A stretch of 64,000 bases of DNA, taken from NCBI GenBank assembly GCA_021793645.1, contig JAJYSJ010000011.1:22515-86514 (forward strand), in the 5' to 3' direction. This document shows positions 28,714 to 38,073 of this stretch, piece after piece. The notes beneath the pieces are model-generated. The model saw only the letters and a list, made by a program, of their open reading frames with translations. It ran no database searches and had not been told where the DNA came from. Positions within the stretch are counted from its first letter, which is position 1. Every line of letters starts with the position of its first letter. Origin of the DNA: Bacillota bacterium (GTDB lineage: Bacteria > Bacillota > Sulfobacillia > JAJZYS01 > JAJYTV01). A program made the translations under genes and the position numbers.

Positions 28714-29347
28714 TGGTCTCCCACCTCGTCAAAAATTGAGAGAGAACCAGGTAGAAGACGAAGTACATGATCCCTGCCAGCAGGAACATGTCCATGGGGT
28801 GGAAGTTGGCGGCGGACGCCTGGTAGGCCTGGAACATCAGGTCCGCGACGCCGATCGTCACGACGAGCGACGTGTCCTTGATCAGGTCCGCGAGCTCGTT
28901 CGTCGCAGGCGGCAGGATCGCGAGGAAGGCCTGCGGCAGCACGATGCGGCGCATGATCGCCTGGCTCCCCATTCCGAGCGCCTCCGCCGCCTCCCGCTGG
29001 CCGTACTGGACGCCCTCGATACCGCCGCGGAAGATCTCGCCGTAGAGCGTGGCGTAGTACACCCCGAGCGTGATCACAGCCGCCGTGAAGCCCGACATCT
29101 GGATCCCGATCTGGCCCAGGGAGTAGTACGCCACGAACAGCAGGACGAGCACCGGGATGGCCCGGACTACCTCGATGTAGATTGTCGCGACCAAGCTCAG
29201 CAGGCGTAGCCTCGATAGGCGCATCAGGGCCAGTACGAAGCCGAAGGCGACCGCCAGGAGGAGCGCGAGCGCCGTCAGCTCCAGTGTCATCTCAACCCCT
29301 TGCCAGAACGCCGGCAGGTTCTGCGCCCAAAGATGCAGGAAGCTCAC
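28691..29347 (-). CDS. Polar amino acid ABC transporter permease (second subunit).
   Basis: Paralogous to the 27254..27898 permease. EAA-like loop GMGSQAIMRRIVLPQA. 218 aa. Confidence 0.85.
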   Translation of the reverse strand: MSFLHLWAQNLPAFWQGVEMTLELTALALLLAVAFGFVLALMRLSRLRLLSLVATIYIEVVRAIPVLVLLFVAYYSLGQIGIQMSGFTAAVITLGVYYATLYGEIFRGGIEGVQYGQREAAEALGMGSQAIMRRIVLPQAFLAILPPATNELADLIKDTSLVVTIGVADLMFQAYQASAANFHPMDMFLLAGIMYFVFYLVLSQFLTRWETNVQRRRG

Positions 29348-29421
29348 TATGCCACCACCTCATCCTGGGTCCGGGCGGGAGGACCCGGCTCCTGCCGGCT
29401 CCCCGCCGAAGGACCCGCCGC

Positions 29422-30294
29422 TTACGACCCGCCGCTGTAGGTGTTCGGGGCTGAGCAGATACCCGCGAGGAACACCTTGCTCGTCATCCCGTACTTGTTT
29501 AGGATCTGCTGCTCTGTGCCGTTGCAGGCGATCGTCTTCAGGTAGGCGTTGAGCTTCTGCAGGAAGCGCGCGCTGTACTTGCCCTTCGGCACGCCGTAGT
29601 AGCCCCTGAGGCTCGCGAGCGGCGGCGAGATCGATGCAGGCACTGCCCCGAGGATCTTGATGTTCAGGGATGGATTGCTGTGCTTGGCCCACGGGACATC
29701 GACACCCGGCTCGAAGTCGGCGTCGACCCTGCCGCTCGAGAGCGCGAGGAAGGATTCACCGACGGAGTTGTACTGGGTGATCTGCGCGTTCGGAACAGCA
29801 TTGGCCTCCGCAACCTCGGCGGAGCCGATGACGACGGCGATCTTCTTGCCCGTGAGGTCGGCGACCGAGGTGCCGGAGACCGTCGGGTGCGTGCTGTTCA
29901 CCGCGACGACGTCGTTGTAGTTGAGCATGGGTCGGCTGAAGCCGATCACCTTGGCGCGGTCCGCGTTCCAGTAGATGTCGATCGTCAGGGCCGCGCGCTT
30001 GTCCGCGACCGCCTGGATCGACGCCGCGAACGGCATGGATGTGATCGACAGCGTTGCGCCGAGGGACTTCGCGAAGCCGCGCAGGATGTCGACGTCGTAG
30101 CCGGTCCACTGCTTGGTGGTCGGGTCCTGGAAGTCCTCGGGCGCGAACGCCGACTCCGCGATCGTCAGTTTATGCGTGCTCTGCACCTGGGCCAGGAGAT
30201 CGTTCGGACCGCTGCTGGCCGCTGTCGTCGAGCCGCAGCCCGCTAGCAGCGCGCTGATCCCCAGTGCAGTGAGCGCCGGTGCAGCCCATCTCAT
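29422..30294 (-). CDS. Polar amino acid/compatible-solute ABC substrate-binding lipoprotein (EhuB-like).
   Basis: ATG at 30292..30294. Signal peptide with lipobox LLAGCGS, followed by a family-3 SBP fold. The ORF-track upstream extension is rejected. Confidence 0.8.
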   Translation of the reverse strand: MRWAAPALTALGISALLAGCGSTTAASSGPNDLLAQVQSTHKLTIAESAFAPEDFQDPTTKQWTGYDVDILRGFAKSLGATLSITSMPFAASIQAVADKRAALTIDIYWNADRAKVIGFSRPMLNYNDVVAVNSTHPTVSGTSVADLTGKKIAVVIGSAEVAEANAVPNAQITQYNSVGESFLALSSGRVDADFEPGVDVPWAKHSNPSLNIKILGAVPASISPPLASLRGYYGVPKGKYSARFLQKLNAYLKTIACNGTEQQILNKYGMTSKVFLAGICSAPNTYSGGS

Positions 30295-30380
30295 TCTCAA
30301 GTGACTTTCCCTCCCCCACGTCCCGGCTTGCCGGCCCTGCGCCTTCGTGAGGCGGGGCGCACGGATCGGCCGCCCGGCAA

Positions 30381-31820
30381 TCAAGCCAGATTGAGACAAA
30401 CCACCTTGGTCTCGGTCATCGCCTCGGCTGCGTAGCGGATGCCCTCTCGCCCGAGGCCGCTCCCCTTCACGCCCCCGAAGGGCATGGCGTCGACTCGGAA
30501 ATCGCTGCTGTCGTTGATCATCACCCCCCCCATCTCGAGGCCCTGCACGCAACGGAAGGCGAGGTCGATGTCCCTGGTGAAGACGCCGGCCTGCAGGCCG
30601 TATGGGGAGTCGTTCGCCTTGCGCACCGCCTCCTCCGGATCCCGCACCCGGTAGAGGGAGACGACAGGCCCGTAAATCTCCTCGCGATCCAGGCTGCAGC
30701 CCTGTGGGACGTCTCGAAGCACCGTCGGGTCGTAAAACGCCCCCTGACGGCGCCCGCCCGCGAGCAGGCGCGCGCCGAGGGAGACCGCCTCGCTTACCCG
30801 ACCCTCAACCCGCATGGCCTCGCGCCCCGAGATCATCGGCCCCATGTCCGTCTCCTCCGACCGCTTGTCCCCGACCTTGATGTCCCGCACCCGTGCGAGG
30901 AAGCGTTCGGTGAACTCGTCCGCGACCTCGTCCTCGAGGATGACGCGCTGCACCCCAAGACAGTTCTGGCCCGCGTTGCCGAAGGCGCCGCTGAGGATCG
31001 CCTCCACCGCGCGCTCGAGATCCGCGTCGCGCAGGACGATCGTCGGAGAGTTGGAGCCGAGCTCCATCGCGAGCTTCTTGATTCCGGCCCTGCGGGTGAT
31101 CGACAGCCCGGTCTCCAGTCCGCCGGTGAAGGAGATCATCGCGACGTCGGGGTGCGTCACGAGCCGGTCCCCGAGCACGCTGCCGCTTCCGGTGACGAGC
31201 GACACCACCTGCGGCGGCAGCCCCGCTTCGAGGAGGGTCTCCACCAGCAGGAGCGCGCCCAGGGGCGCGACGCTCGAGGGTTTGAGGACGACGGCGTTGC
31301 CCGTCGCGATCGCCGGCCCGAGCTTGTGCGCCACGAGGTTCAAGGGATCGTTGAACGGGGTGATCGCCCCGATGATGCCGAGCGGGAACCGATCGTAGTA
31401 GCCGATCCGCCGCTCGGCACCCGGGCGCTGGTCGAAGGGAATCGTCTCGCCGTGGCCGCGCGAGGCCTCCTCCGCGCTCAGTTGCAATGTGTCCGCGGCG
31501 CGCCGCAGCTCGGCGCGGGCCTCCCGGATCGTCTTGCTGCAGTCCCGGCTGAGGATCCCGGCGTACTGCTCCGCCCGCTCCGCGACGAGCTGGGCCGTAC
31601 GCTGGAGGATGGCCTTGCGCTGGTGCACCGGCAGCGCCCGCGCCACTTGCGCCCCCTGCTTCGCGCCCTCGATCGCGGCGTCCATCTGTGCGACGCTTGC
31701 CGCGGGCAGGCGGGTGAGGATGGAGCCGTCCTGTGGGTCCGTGACCTCGAAGGTCTCGTCGCTCAGGGTCCACTCGCCGCCGATCAGGAGCTTTCTCTCC
31801 GACGTGAAGATGTCGATCAC
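30381..31820 (-). CDS. NAD(P)-dependent aldehyde dehydrogenase.
   Basis: ELGSNSP and FGNAGQNC motifs. 479 aa. Confidence 0.9.
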   Translation of the reverse strand: MIDIFTSERKLLIGGEWTLSDETFEVTDPQDGSILTRLPAASVAQMDAAIEGAKQGAQVARALPVHQRKAILQRTAQLVAERAEQYAGILSRDCSKTIREARAELRRAADTLQLSAEEASRGHGETIPFDQRPGAERRIGYYDRFPLGIIGAITPFNDPLNLVAHKLGPAIATGNAVVLKPSSVAPLGALLLVETLLEAGLPPQVVSLVTGSGSVLGDRLVTHPDVAMISFTGGLETGLSITRRAGIKKLAMELGSNSPTIVLRDADLERAVEAILSGAFGNAGQNCLGVQRVILEDEVADEFTERFLARVRDIKVGDKRSEETDMGPMISGREAMRVEGRVSEAVSLGARLLAGGRRQGAFYDPTVLRDVPQGCSLDREEIYGPVVSLYRVRDPEEAVRKANDSPYGLQAGVFTRDIDLAFRCVQGLEMGGVMINDSSDFRVDAMPFGGVKGSGLGREGIRYAAEAMTETKVVCLNLA

Positions 31821-32872
31821 GCGGGTCGCCTCCCAACCGAGGTAGTGCTGCGTCCGATACGGATCAGGTCATGGAGGAGCGCGAACGCCGTCTCGCGCCG
31901 GCCGGCGCCAGCGCCGATCAGTGTGACGGGCCCGAGGAGGTCGCAGGTGTATGTGATCGCGTTCGTCGCGCCGCGCACGCTCCCCAGCGGGTCGTCCGCG
32001 GGCAGGAGCACCGGCCCGACGGAGGCCCTAAGGCCTGCCTCTGTGCGCTCGAGCTGCGCAATCAGCTTCCAGTGGCGCCCCTCCCGAGCGGCGGCGGCCA
32101 CCTCCGCGCGCGTCAGCTGCGAGATGCCCTCCCGCGCGACGTCCTGCGGCGCGACCTGCTCTCCGAGAACGTGCGCCGCCAGGATCACGACCTTGTAGAG
32201 GGCGTCGAAGCCCTCGACGTCGCCCGCCGGGTCCGCTTCGGCGTAACCGAGCCCCTGCGCCTCCCGGAGCGCGTCTTCGTACTCGAGGCCCTCTTCCATA
32301 CGGGTCAGGATGTAGTTCGTGGTGCCGTTCAGGATGCCGCGGACCGCAAGGATGCGATTGCCGGCGAGCGCCGCGCGGCCAAGGTCCAAGGACGGCGTGC
32401 CGCTCATCACCGTGCCCTCGATGCCGAACTCCACCCCGGCTTCTTGCGCCTTCGCGAAGAGCTCCCGGTAGCGCAGGACGACCGGGCCCTTGTTCGAGGT
32501 GATCACGTGAAGGCCGTGGGCGAAGGCCGCCTCGCAGTGCTCGATGGCCGGCTGCCCGTCCGCCAGCGTCGGCGAGAGCTCCAGGATCACGTCGGCGGAG
32601 CTCTCCCGGATCGTAGTGAGGCTGTCGAGGCCGCGCACGAGGCCGGGCTGCTCGGGATAGCCCGCAAGCAGTGCGGCGCCCTGCGCTGCGGCAACCAGCA
32701 CGGCGGGCTCGAGACCCTCGTCCCGGAAGAGCGAGCCCTTCACAGGGTCCGCGACGGCGACGATCGTGAGGTCGAGCCCGAAGCGGCGCGCAATCTCTTC
32801 CTGCCGCTCGCCGACGATCTCCGCGAAGGCTTGTCCGACGCCGCCGAATCCGATCAGTGCGAGCTTAGGCAT
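31817..32872 (-). CDS. Homoserine dehydrogenase-family protein (short form, no ACT domain).
   Basis: ATG at 32870..32872. N-terminal LALIGFGGVGQAF NAD-binding motif and a Hom-like catalytic domain. About 351 aa. Confidence 0.75.
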   Translation of the reverse strand: MPKLALIGFGGVGQAFAEIVGERQEEIARRFGLDLTIVAVADPVKGSLFRDEGLEPAVLVAAAQGAALLAGYPEQPGLVRGLDSLTTIRESSADVILELSPTLADGQPAIEHCEAAFAHGLHVITSNKGPVVLRYRELFAKAQEAGVEFGIEGTVMSGTPSLDLGRAALAGNRILAVRGILNGTTNYILTRMEEGLEYEDALREAQGLGYAEADPAGDVEGFDALYKVVILAAHVLGEQVAPQDVAREGISQLTRAEVAAAAREGRHWKLIAQLERTEAGLRASVGPVLLPADDPLGSVRGATNAITYTCDLLGPVTLIGAGAGRRETAFALLHDLIRIGRSTTSVGRRPA

Positions 32873-34109
32873 GACTGACGGCACCTCCCCTTGGGCCGGA
32901 TGGCAGTGGAAACTCCCCGGTGAGCACCTGGCGCGCAGATTCTGCGAGCAGCGCCGCGCCGATCGGCAGACAGCGCTCGTCCAGGTCGAATTCGGGCGTA
33001 TGGAGTCCCGCAGGGGGCCTCCCCTCCGGGCGGCAGCCCAGGAACGCCATCGCTGCCGGAACGGCCTCCGCGATGAAGGCGAAGTCCTCGCCGCCGAGGC
33101 CGAAAGGCGCAAGGTGGATGCGGGTCTCCTTTGGAAGGGCGGAGAGCGCCTGGACATACAGCCGGTTCACGTCGGGGGCGTTCCTGAGCGCAGGACTCTC
33201 GTGGATGAAGCGCAGGCGGTAGTCGCCCCCAAGGCTGCGCACCAGCGAGAAGGCCCGCTCCACCTCGGTCTCGAGGAGCGCGCGGATGCGTGGGTCGTAG
33301 GCGCGCATGGTCCCCTCGAGCGTCACCTCGGCCGGAATGACGTTGGGCGCCGTGCCGCCAGCAACCCTGCCGACGGTGACGACAGCGGTCTCGAGCGGCG
33401 ACACCCGCCGGGAGACAATGCCGTGCAGCGCCGTCAAGACCGGCGCAAGCAGCCAGATCGGGTCGACCGCCAGGTCAGGGTAGGCGCCGTGGCCGCCCCG
33501 CCCCACGATCACGCCCTCGAAGGTGTCGACGCTCGCCATGGCGTAGCCGTCCGCCAGCTGCACGACCCCCGTCGGCTCGTAGGGGTTTACGTGCAGCGCG
33601 AGCGCGAGGCTCACGCCCTCGAGTACCCCTTCCTCCAACATGCGGGCAGCCCCGGTGCGGCCCTGGGCGTCCGCCGCCTCCTCGGCCGGCTGGAAGATGA
33701 GGCGCACCCCGCCCGCGAGACTCCCCTCCGCGAACAGCTGCGTCAAGATGTCCGCTGCGCCCAGCAGCATCGCCATGTGTCCGTCGTGGCCACAGGCGTG
33801 CATCCTGCCCGGATGCTGGGAAGGGAACGCAACGCCGCTCCGCTCCTCGATCGGCAGGGCGTCCATGTCGGCTCGCAGGGCCACCAGCGGACCCGCGCCG
33901 CGACGGAGGTCCGCGACCACCCCGGTGCCGCCCACGCCGCGGCGGAGTTGGAAGGCTCCCAGGCGCTCCAGCTGCGCCGCGATGAAGTCCGAGGTCTCAT
34001 GCTCCTCGAATGCGACCTCGGGCCGGGCGTGGAGGTGGCGGCGCCACGCCCGCATCTCCTCCTGCAGTCCCTGCGCCGCGCTGTGCACGGCGGACTTCGG
34101 ACCCGTCAT
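32865..34109 (-). CDS. M20D-family amidohydrolase (N-acyl-amino acid / hippurate hydrolase-like).
   Basis: ATG at 34107..34109. HACGHDGH metal-binding motif. About 414 aa. Overlaps the downstream start by 8 nt. Confidence 0.85.
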   Translation of the reverse strand: MTGPKSAVHSAAQGLQEEMRAWRRHLHARPEVAFEEHETSDFIAAQLERLGAFQLRRGVGGTGVVADLRRGAGPLVALRADMDALPIEERSGVAFPSQHPGRMHACGHDGHMAMLLGAADILTQLFAEGSLAGGVRLIFQPAEEAADAQGRTGAARMLEEGVLEGVSLALALHVNPYEPTGVVQLADGYAMASVDTFEGVIVGRGGHGAYPDLAVDPIWLLAPVLTALHGIVSRRVSPLETAVVTVGRVAGGTAPNVIPAEVTLEGTMRAYDPRIRALLETEVERAFSLVRSLGGDYRLRFIHESPALRNAPDVNRLYVQALSALPKETRIHLAPFGLGGEDFAFIAEAVPAAMAFLGCRPEGRPPAGLHTPEFDLDERCLPIGAALLAESARQVLTGEFPLPSGPRGGAVSHA

Positions 34110-34123
34110 CTCGAGCCCTCCTC

Positions 34124-35356
34124 TCAGCGCGAGGCCACGCTCTTGCCGCTGCGCCTGACTTCCGCGGCGCCGCGTAGCGCCTGGTCGAGGTCTGCGATCA
34201 GGTCTTCGGTCTCCTCGATGCCCACGGAGTAGCGCACAAGGCTCTCGGGGATGCCGAGCGAGGCCCGGCCCTCTTCGGTGAGCTCCACGTGGCTCGTCGT
34301 GCGGGGCGGCCCGGCGACCGTCTCGACGCACCCGAGGTTCGCGGCGAGGTGCGCGAATCGGAGCTTCGGCAGAAAGGCCCGCACTGCGTCGAAGCCGCCC
34401 CTCAGAGAAAAGGACATCACTCCGCCGAAGCCGCGCATCTGCCGCGCCGCGACATCGTGGTGCGGGTGGCTCTCGAGCCCGGGGTAGAATACCTCGTCGA
34501 TCTCGGGGTGGGCCTCAAGGAACCGCGCGATGCGCAGGGCGCTCTGGTTCTGCTGCTTGACGCGCAGAGAGAGCGTCTTCAGGCCCCGCAGGATGAGGTA
34601 GGCCGCTTCGGGGTGCAGCGTCGCGCCGTTGATCTCGCGGAAGTGGTAGACCTCCGCCACGAGGTCCTTGCGTCCGCAGAGGAGGCCGCCCAGCGCATCG
34701 GCGTGGCCGCCGAGGAACTTCGTCGCACTGTGGACCACGAGGTCTGCACCCATGCTGAGCGGGCTCTGGTTCACCGGAGTGGCGAACGTGTTGTCGACGA
34801 TCGCGAGAGCCCCATGGCGGTGCGCGCAAGAGATGAGGCGCGGCAGGTCCAGAACCTTGAGGGTCGGGTTCGTGGGCGTCTCGAGGTAGAGGATCTTGCA
34901 GCCCTTCGCGACCTCCCGCTCGATGGCGTCGAAGTCGCCCGTGTCGCAGAGGGCCACGTCGATCTGGAAGCGCGGCAGGAATTCGAGGAAGATCTTGCTC
35001 GTCCCGCCGTAGGTGTCCTTGATCGACACGACGCGGTCGCCGGGCGAGAGCAGCGTAAAGAGGGTGCTGCTGATGGCGGCCATGCCGGTCGAGAAGCTCG
35101 TTGCGGCCTCGGCTCCCTCCAAAAGGCGCAGCTTCTCCTCCAGCACCTGGACGGTCGGGTTCGTGTTGCGCCCGTAGATATGGCCGGCCCGCTGCCCGAG
35201 CGCCACCTCGTACCACTCGTCGAGGTCGCGGTAGCCGAAGGACACGCTGTGCACGACGGGAACCTGGGTCGCTCCCTGCATGAGGTACTGTTCCTCGCCT
35301 GCCCAGACCGCCATCGTTCCCTGGTGCGCCGTAGGAAGGTCCCGCTCGTCAGCCAT
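34124..35356 (-). CDS. Cys/Met-metabolism PLP-dependent enzyme (cystathionine gamma-synthase/lyase family).
   Basis: PLP lysine motif SATKFLGGH. 410 aa. Confidence 0.85.
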   Translation of the reverse strand: MADERDLPTAHQGTMAVWAGEEQYLMQGATQVPVVHSVSFGYRDLDEWYEVALGQRAGHIYGRNTNPTVQVLEEKLRLLEGAEAATSFSTGMAAISSTLFTLLSPGDRVVSIKDTYGGTSKIFLEFLPRFQIDVALCDTGDFDAIEREVAKGCKILYLETPTNPTLKVLDLPRLISCAHRHGALAIVDNTFATPVNQSPLSMGADLVVHSATKFLGGHADALGGLLCGRKDLVAEVYHFREINGATLHPEAAYLILRGLKTLSLRVKQQNQSALRIARFLEAHPEIDEVFYPGLESHPHHDVAARQMRGFGGVMSFSLRGGFDAVRAFLPKLRFAHLAANLGCVETVAGPPRTTSHVELTEEGRASLGIPESLVRYSVGIEETEDLIADLDQALRGAAEVRRSGKSVASR

Positions 35357-35404
35357 GGATCTGCCTCCAAAAACCGATTCGGATCGTACTGATGATTAAG
35401 AGTC

Positions 35405-36394
35405 CTAGATCTGTGTCCCGGCCCCCGCCTGCAGGGCCAGACTGTACGCGAGCCGCGCGATCGCCGTGTCCTGCACTCCGGTGCCGGTGAGGTCGCAGAC
35501 CGTGACCTGCGCCGGGTCCGTTCGCCCTGGCCGCTGGCCCGCTGCGATCGTGCCCAGTTCGACGATGCGGCCTGGGGCGAGGAGACCCGCGTCTACCGCG
35601 TGGTGGCATTCCCCGAGCCGCAGGCTTTGTTCTAGGACGTCGCAGGCGACGAGGTCGGCCTCATGGAGCACAGAAGGTTCGAGTTCGCGCTTGCGCGGCG
35701 CGTCGGACCCGATGGCCGTGATATGCAGCCCCGGGTGGAGCCAGACGGCCTGGATGAGGGGTTCTTGGGAGGGCGTCGCAGTGACCAGGATGTCGCTCTC
35801 CCGGACAAGTCGCTCGAGGTCCGTAAGGACAGCAGCGGGCACGCCGAGCGTTTTCGTGATCTCTCCGGCGCAGGTCCGCGCACCCTCTGCGCTGCGGCTG
35901 AAGATGAGGACCCGCTCGAACGGGCGCACGAGGTGGAGCGCCAGCGCCTGGTAGAGGGCCTGTTCGCCGGCGCCGACAAGCCCGAGCGTTAGCGCATCTT
36001 TGCGCGCGAGGTGCTTCGCTGCCACGGCGCCGGCTGCGGCCGTCCGCAGCGTCGTGAGATGCCCTCCGTCGAGGAGGACTGCCTTTGGAACTCCTGTTCG
36101 GGAGTCGAACAACACCATGAGGCCGTTGCCGGTGGGGAGCCCCTGCGCCCGATTGCCGAAAAACCCCGAGGAGATCTTCACGGCGAAGCTGTCCCAGCCG
36201 CGCACGTACGCCGTCTTGACGTCGACCTCGCCCTGGTGCTCCGGCACGTCGAGGCGCTGAATCGGCGGCGTTTCGACGGCTCCCGCCGCGATCCGCCGAA
36301 ATCCCTCCTCCACCGCCTCCACAACCTCGTGCGACAGCGGCACGAGGCGGCGGATCTCGTCTGCCGACACCGCGAGGACTGCGATCGCGATCAC
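35405..36394 (-). CDS. Ornithine cyclodeaminase / mu-crystallin-family protein (EutC-like).
   Basis: OCD-family Rossmann motif LGLVGAGEQA. Probable GTG start at 36392..36394 after GGAAAG. The long upstream ORF extension is rejected. Confidence 0.75.
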   Translation of the reverse strand: MIAIAVLAVSADEIRRLVPLSHEVVEAVEEGFRRIAAGAVETPPIQRLDVPEHQGEVDVKTAYVRGWDSFAVKISSGFFGNRAQGLPTGNGLMVLFDSRTGVPKAVLLDGGHLTTLRTAAAGAVAAKHLARKDALTLGLVGAGEQALYQALALHLVRPFERVLIFSRSAEGARTCAGEITKTLGVPAAVLTDLERLVRESDILVTATPSQEPLIQAVWLHPGLHITAIGSDAPRKRELEPSVLHEADLVACDVLEQSLRLGECHHAVDAGLLAPGRIVELGTIAAGQRPGRTDPAQVTVCDLTGTGVQDTAIARLAYSLALQAGAGTQI

Positions 36395-36649
36395 CCGCTT
36401 TCCACCGGCAGTCCGGATGTGCCCGACCAGTTGGGCGGAGAAGCCGGATCTGCGCGATCTGGTATTTAGGGTGGCGCATCGCGGTCGCGTGCCACAACCG
36501 CAAGATTGTATGAAAATGAGTGGCCGGCTTCGGTTATCCTGTCGGATGTTCACCCGCGCACAAGCCACTTTGCGCGAGAGATGGCGCACCGCAGCAACCG
36601 CTGGCACCCGGCGGAGTGCAAAGGGAGAACGCCCTCGCGACGGAGGCGT

Positions 36650-36835
36650 TCTCCTTTTCCGTGTGGGCGAGCCCACCTCAGATGCGGGCGTGGAGATTGG
36701 CAGTGCGAATCGTGCGCCCGCCGCGTGCACGGGGAGGTGAACGGCTCCCGGCGGTGATCAGGTGGTTATCCAGGTTGCCGCCGTGATCGCCCGTTGGCCG
36801 TTCACGACCTCGCCCTCACCCGGTTCCAGCCCGAT
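36650..36835 (-). pseudogene. Fragment of an acetamidase/formamidase-family gene.
   Basis: About 85% nucleotide identity over roughly 190 bp to 42705..42846 inside the intact formamidase gene. On the minus strand it encodes GVIGLEPGEGEVVNGQ... Confidence 0.55.
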
Positions 36836-37062
36836 CACTCCCGCGGTGTCCGCCGAACGCGGCACCGCGTTGCGGGTCAGCTCGACCCCTTCGTGAAAAT
36901 TTCCTTGCCAATTCTGCGAGTGTGTGCAAGTCTACTTTCAAAGTGGACCTTGGAACCATGCCCCTCGCTCCGCTGCTCCCAATCCCTGGGGCGGGTCGCA
37001 TGAAGCCTCCTTACCAGCGCCGTGGCAGGGCCCTATGACGGACTGCATCGGAGGAATGGTTC

Positions 37063-38004
37063 GTGAAGCACTCCGAGAAGCGCTCGCCAGTACCCCCAAT
37101 CCGTCACGCGACCGAGGCGGGCGACGCCGCAATGCCGCTGACGCTTCGCAGGCTGACCGAGCAGTACGGTCGACTCAGCGCCTCCCACCGGCGCCTCGCC
37201 GCGGCAGTGCTCGGCAAGCCCCTGGAAGCGGCCTTCTGGAGCAGTGCGGAACTCGCTGCAAATGCGGGCGTCAGCGAGTCGACCGTGACGCGGTTCACGG
37301 TCGCGCTCGGCTACTCCGGCTACCCCGCGTTCGTGCGCGAGCTGCAGGCGATCGCACGCAGCCGCCTGCGCACCGGCGAGCGCCTCTCCCGAAGCCGGCA
37401 GGCGGGTGTGGACGAGTACGGCCGCGCGCTGCAGGAAGATGTCCAGAACCTCGAGCTCTTGGCCACGCAGGTGTCCTCCGATGCGCTCGAACAGGCAGCG
37501 ACGCTGATCACGGGTGCGCGGACGGTGGCTCTGGTGGCCGCGCGCAGCTCCGCGGCGATCGGGGTCTACCTCGAGACGTACCTCAACATGCTCGGCAAGC
37601 CCGTCCGCATGTTCCGCGGCGATCCCGGCACGATCGATCTCCTTGGCCGCATGGGGCCCGAGGATGTCGCCATCGGGGTCGGGTTCAGCCGCTACACGTC
37701 GTTCACGGTCAAGGCCGTCCGCTACCTGTACGGCCGCGGTGTGCCCGTCCTCGCGATCACGGACCATCTCGCCTCGCCGCTCGCGCTGTCCGCGAACCTC
37801 GTCCTCCTCACGCCGACCCAGGCGGCCTCGCCCGTCGACTCCCTGGTCGCGCCGCTGGCGATGGCGCAAGCGCTGATCCGTCTCCTGATGAACCGCCTCC
37901 CCGCCGACAGTGTCGGCGAGCTCCTGGCGATGGAGGAACTCTGGGCATCGTTCGGCGTCTACGAAAGGATGTGGGGCGAGGACACGGAGGAGCGCGGCGA
38001 GTAG
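37063..38004 (+). CDS. RpiR/MurR-family transcriptional regulator (HTH_6 + SIS).
   Basis: N-terminal HTH (LTEQYGRLSASHRRLAAAVL) and a C-terminal SIS domain. Divergent from the catabolic operon. Confidence 0.85.
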   Translation: MKHSEKRSPVPPIRHATEAGDAAMPLTLRRLTEQYGRLSASHRRLAAAVLGKPLEAAFWSSAELAANAGVSESTVTRFTVALGYSGYPAFVRELQAIARSRLRTGERLSRSRQAGVDEYGRALQEDVQNLELLATQVSSDALEQAATLITGARTVALVAARSSAAIGVYLETYLNMLGKPVRMFRGDPGTIDLLGRMGPEDVAIGVGFSRYTSFTVKAVRYLYGRGVPVLAITDHLASPLALSANLVLLTPTQAASPVDSLVAPLAMAQALIRLLMNRLPADSVGELLAMEELWASFGVYERMWGEDTEERGE

Positions 38005-38073
38005 GCCTGCCGCGCCATCGGGGCAGATGTCGCGAGGCCTGCCGATCAACGGGGCGCACGGCATTTCCAAGGG

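Noticed and set aside
36794-37003. Small ORFs (69 aa on the plus strand, 61 aa on the minus strand) in the OCD-rpiR intergenic region.
   Set aside because: They overlap the formamidase-fragment remnant and the promoter region, and have no motifs. They are more likely non-coding.
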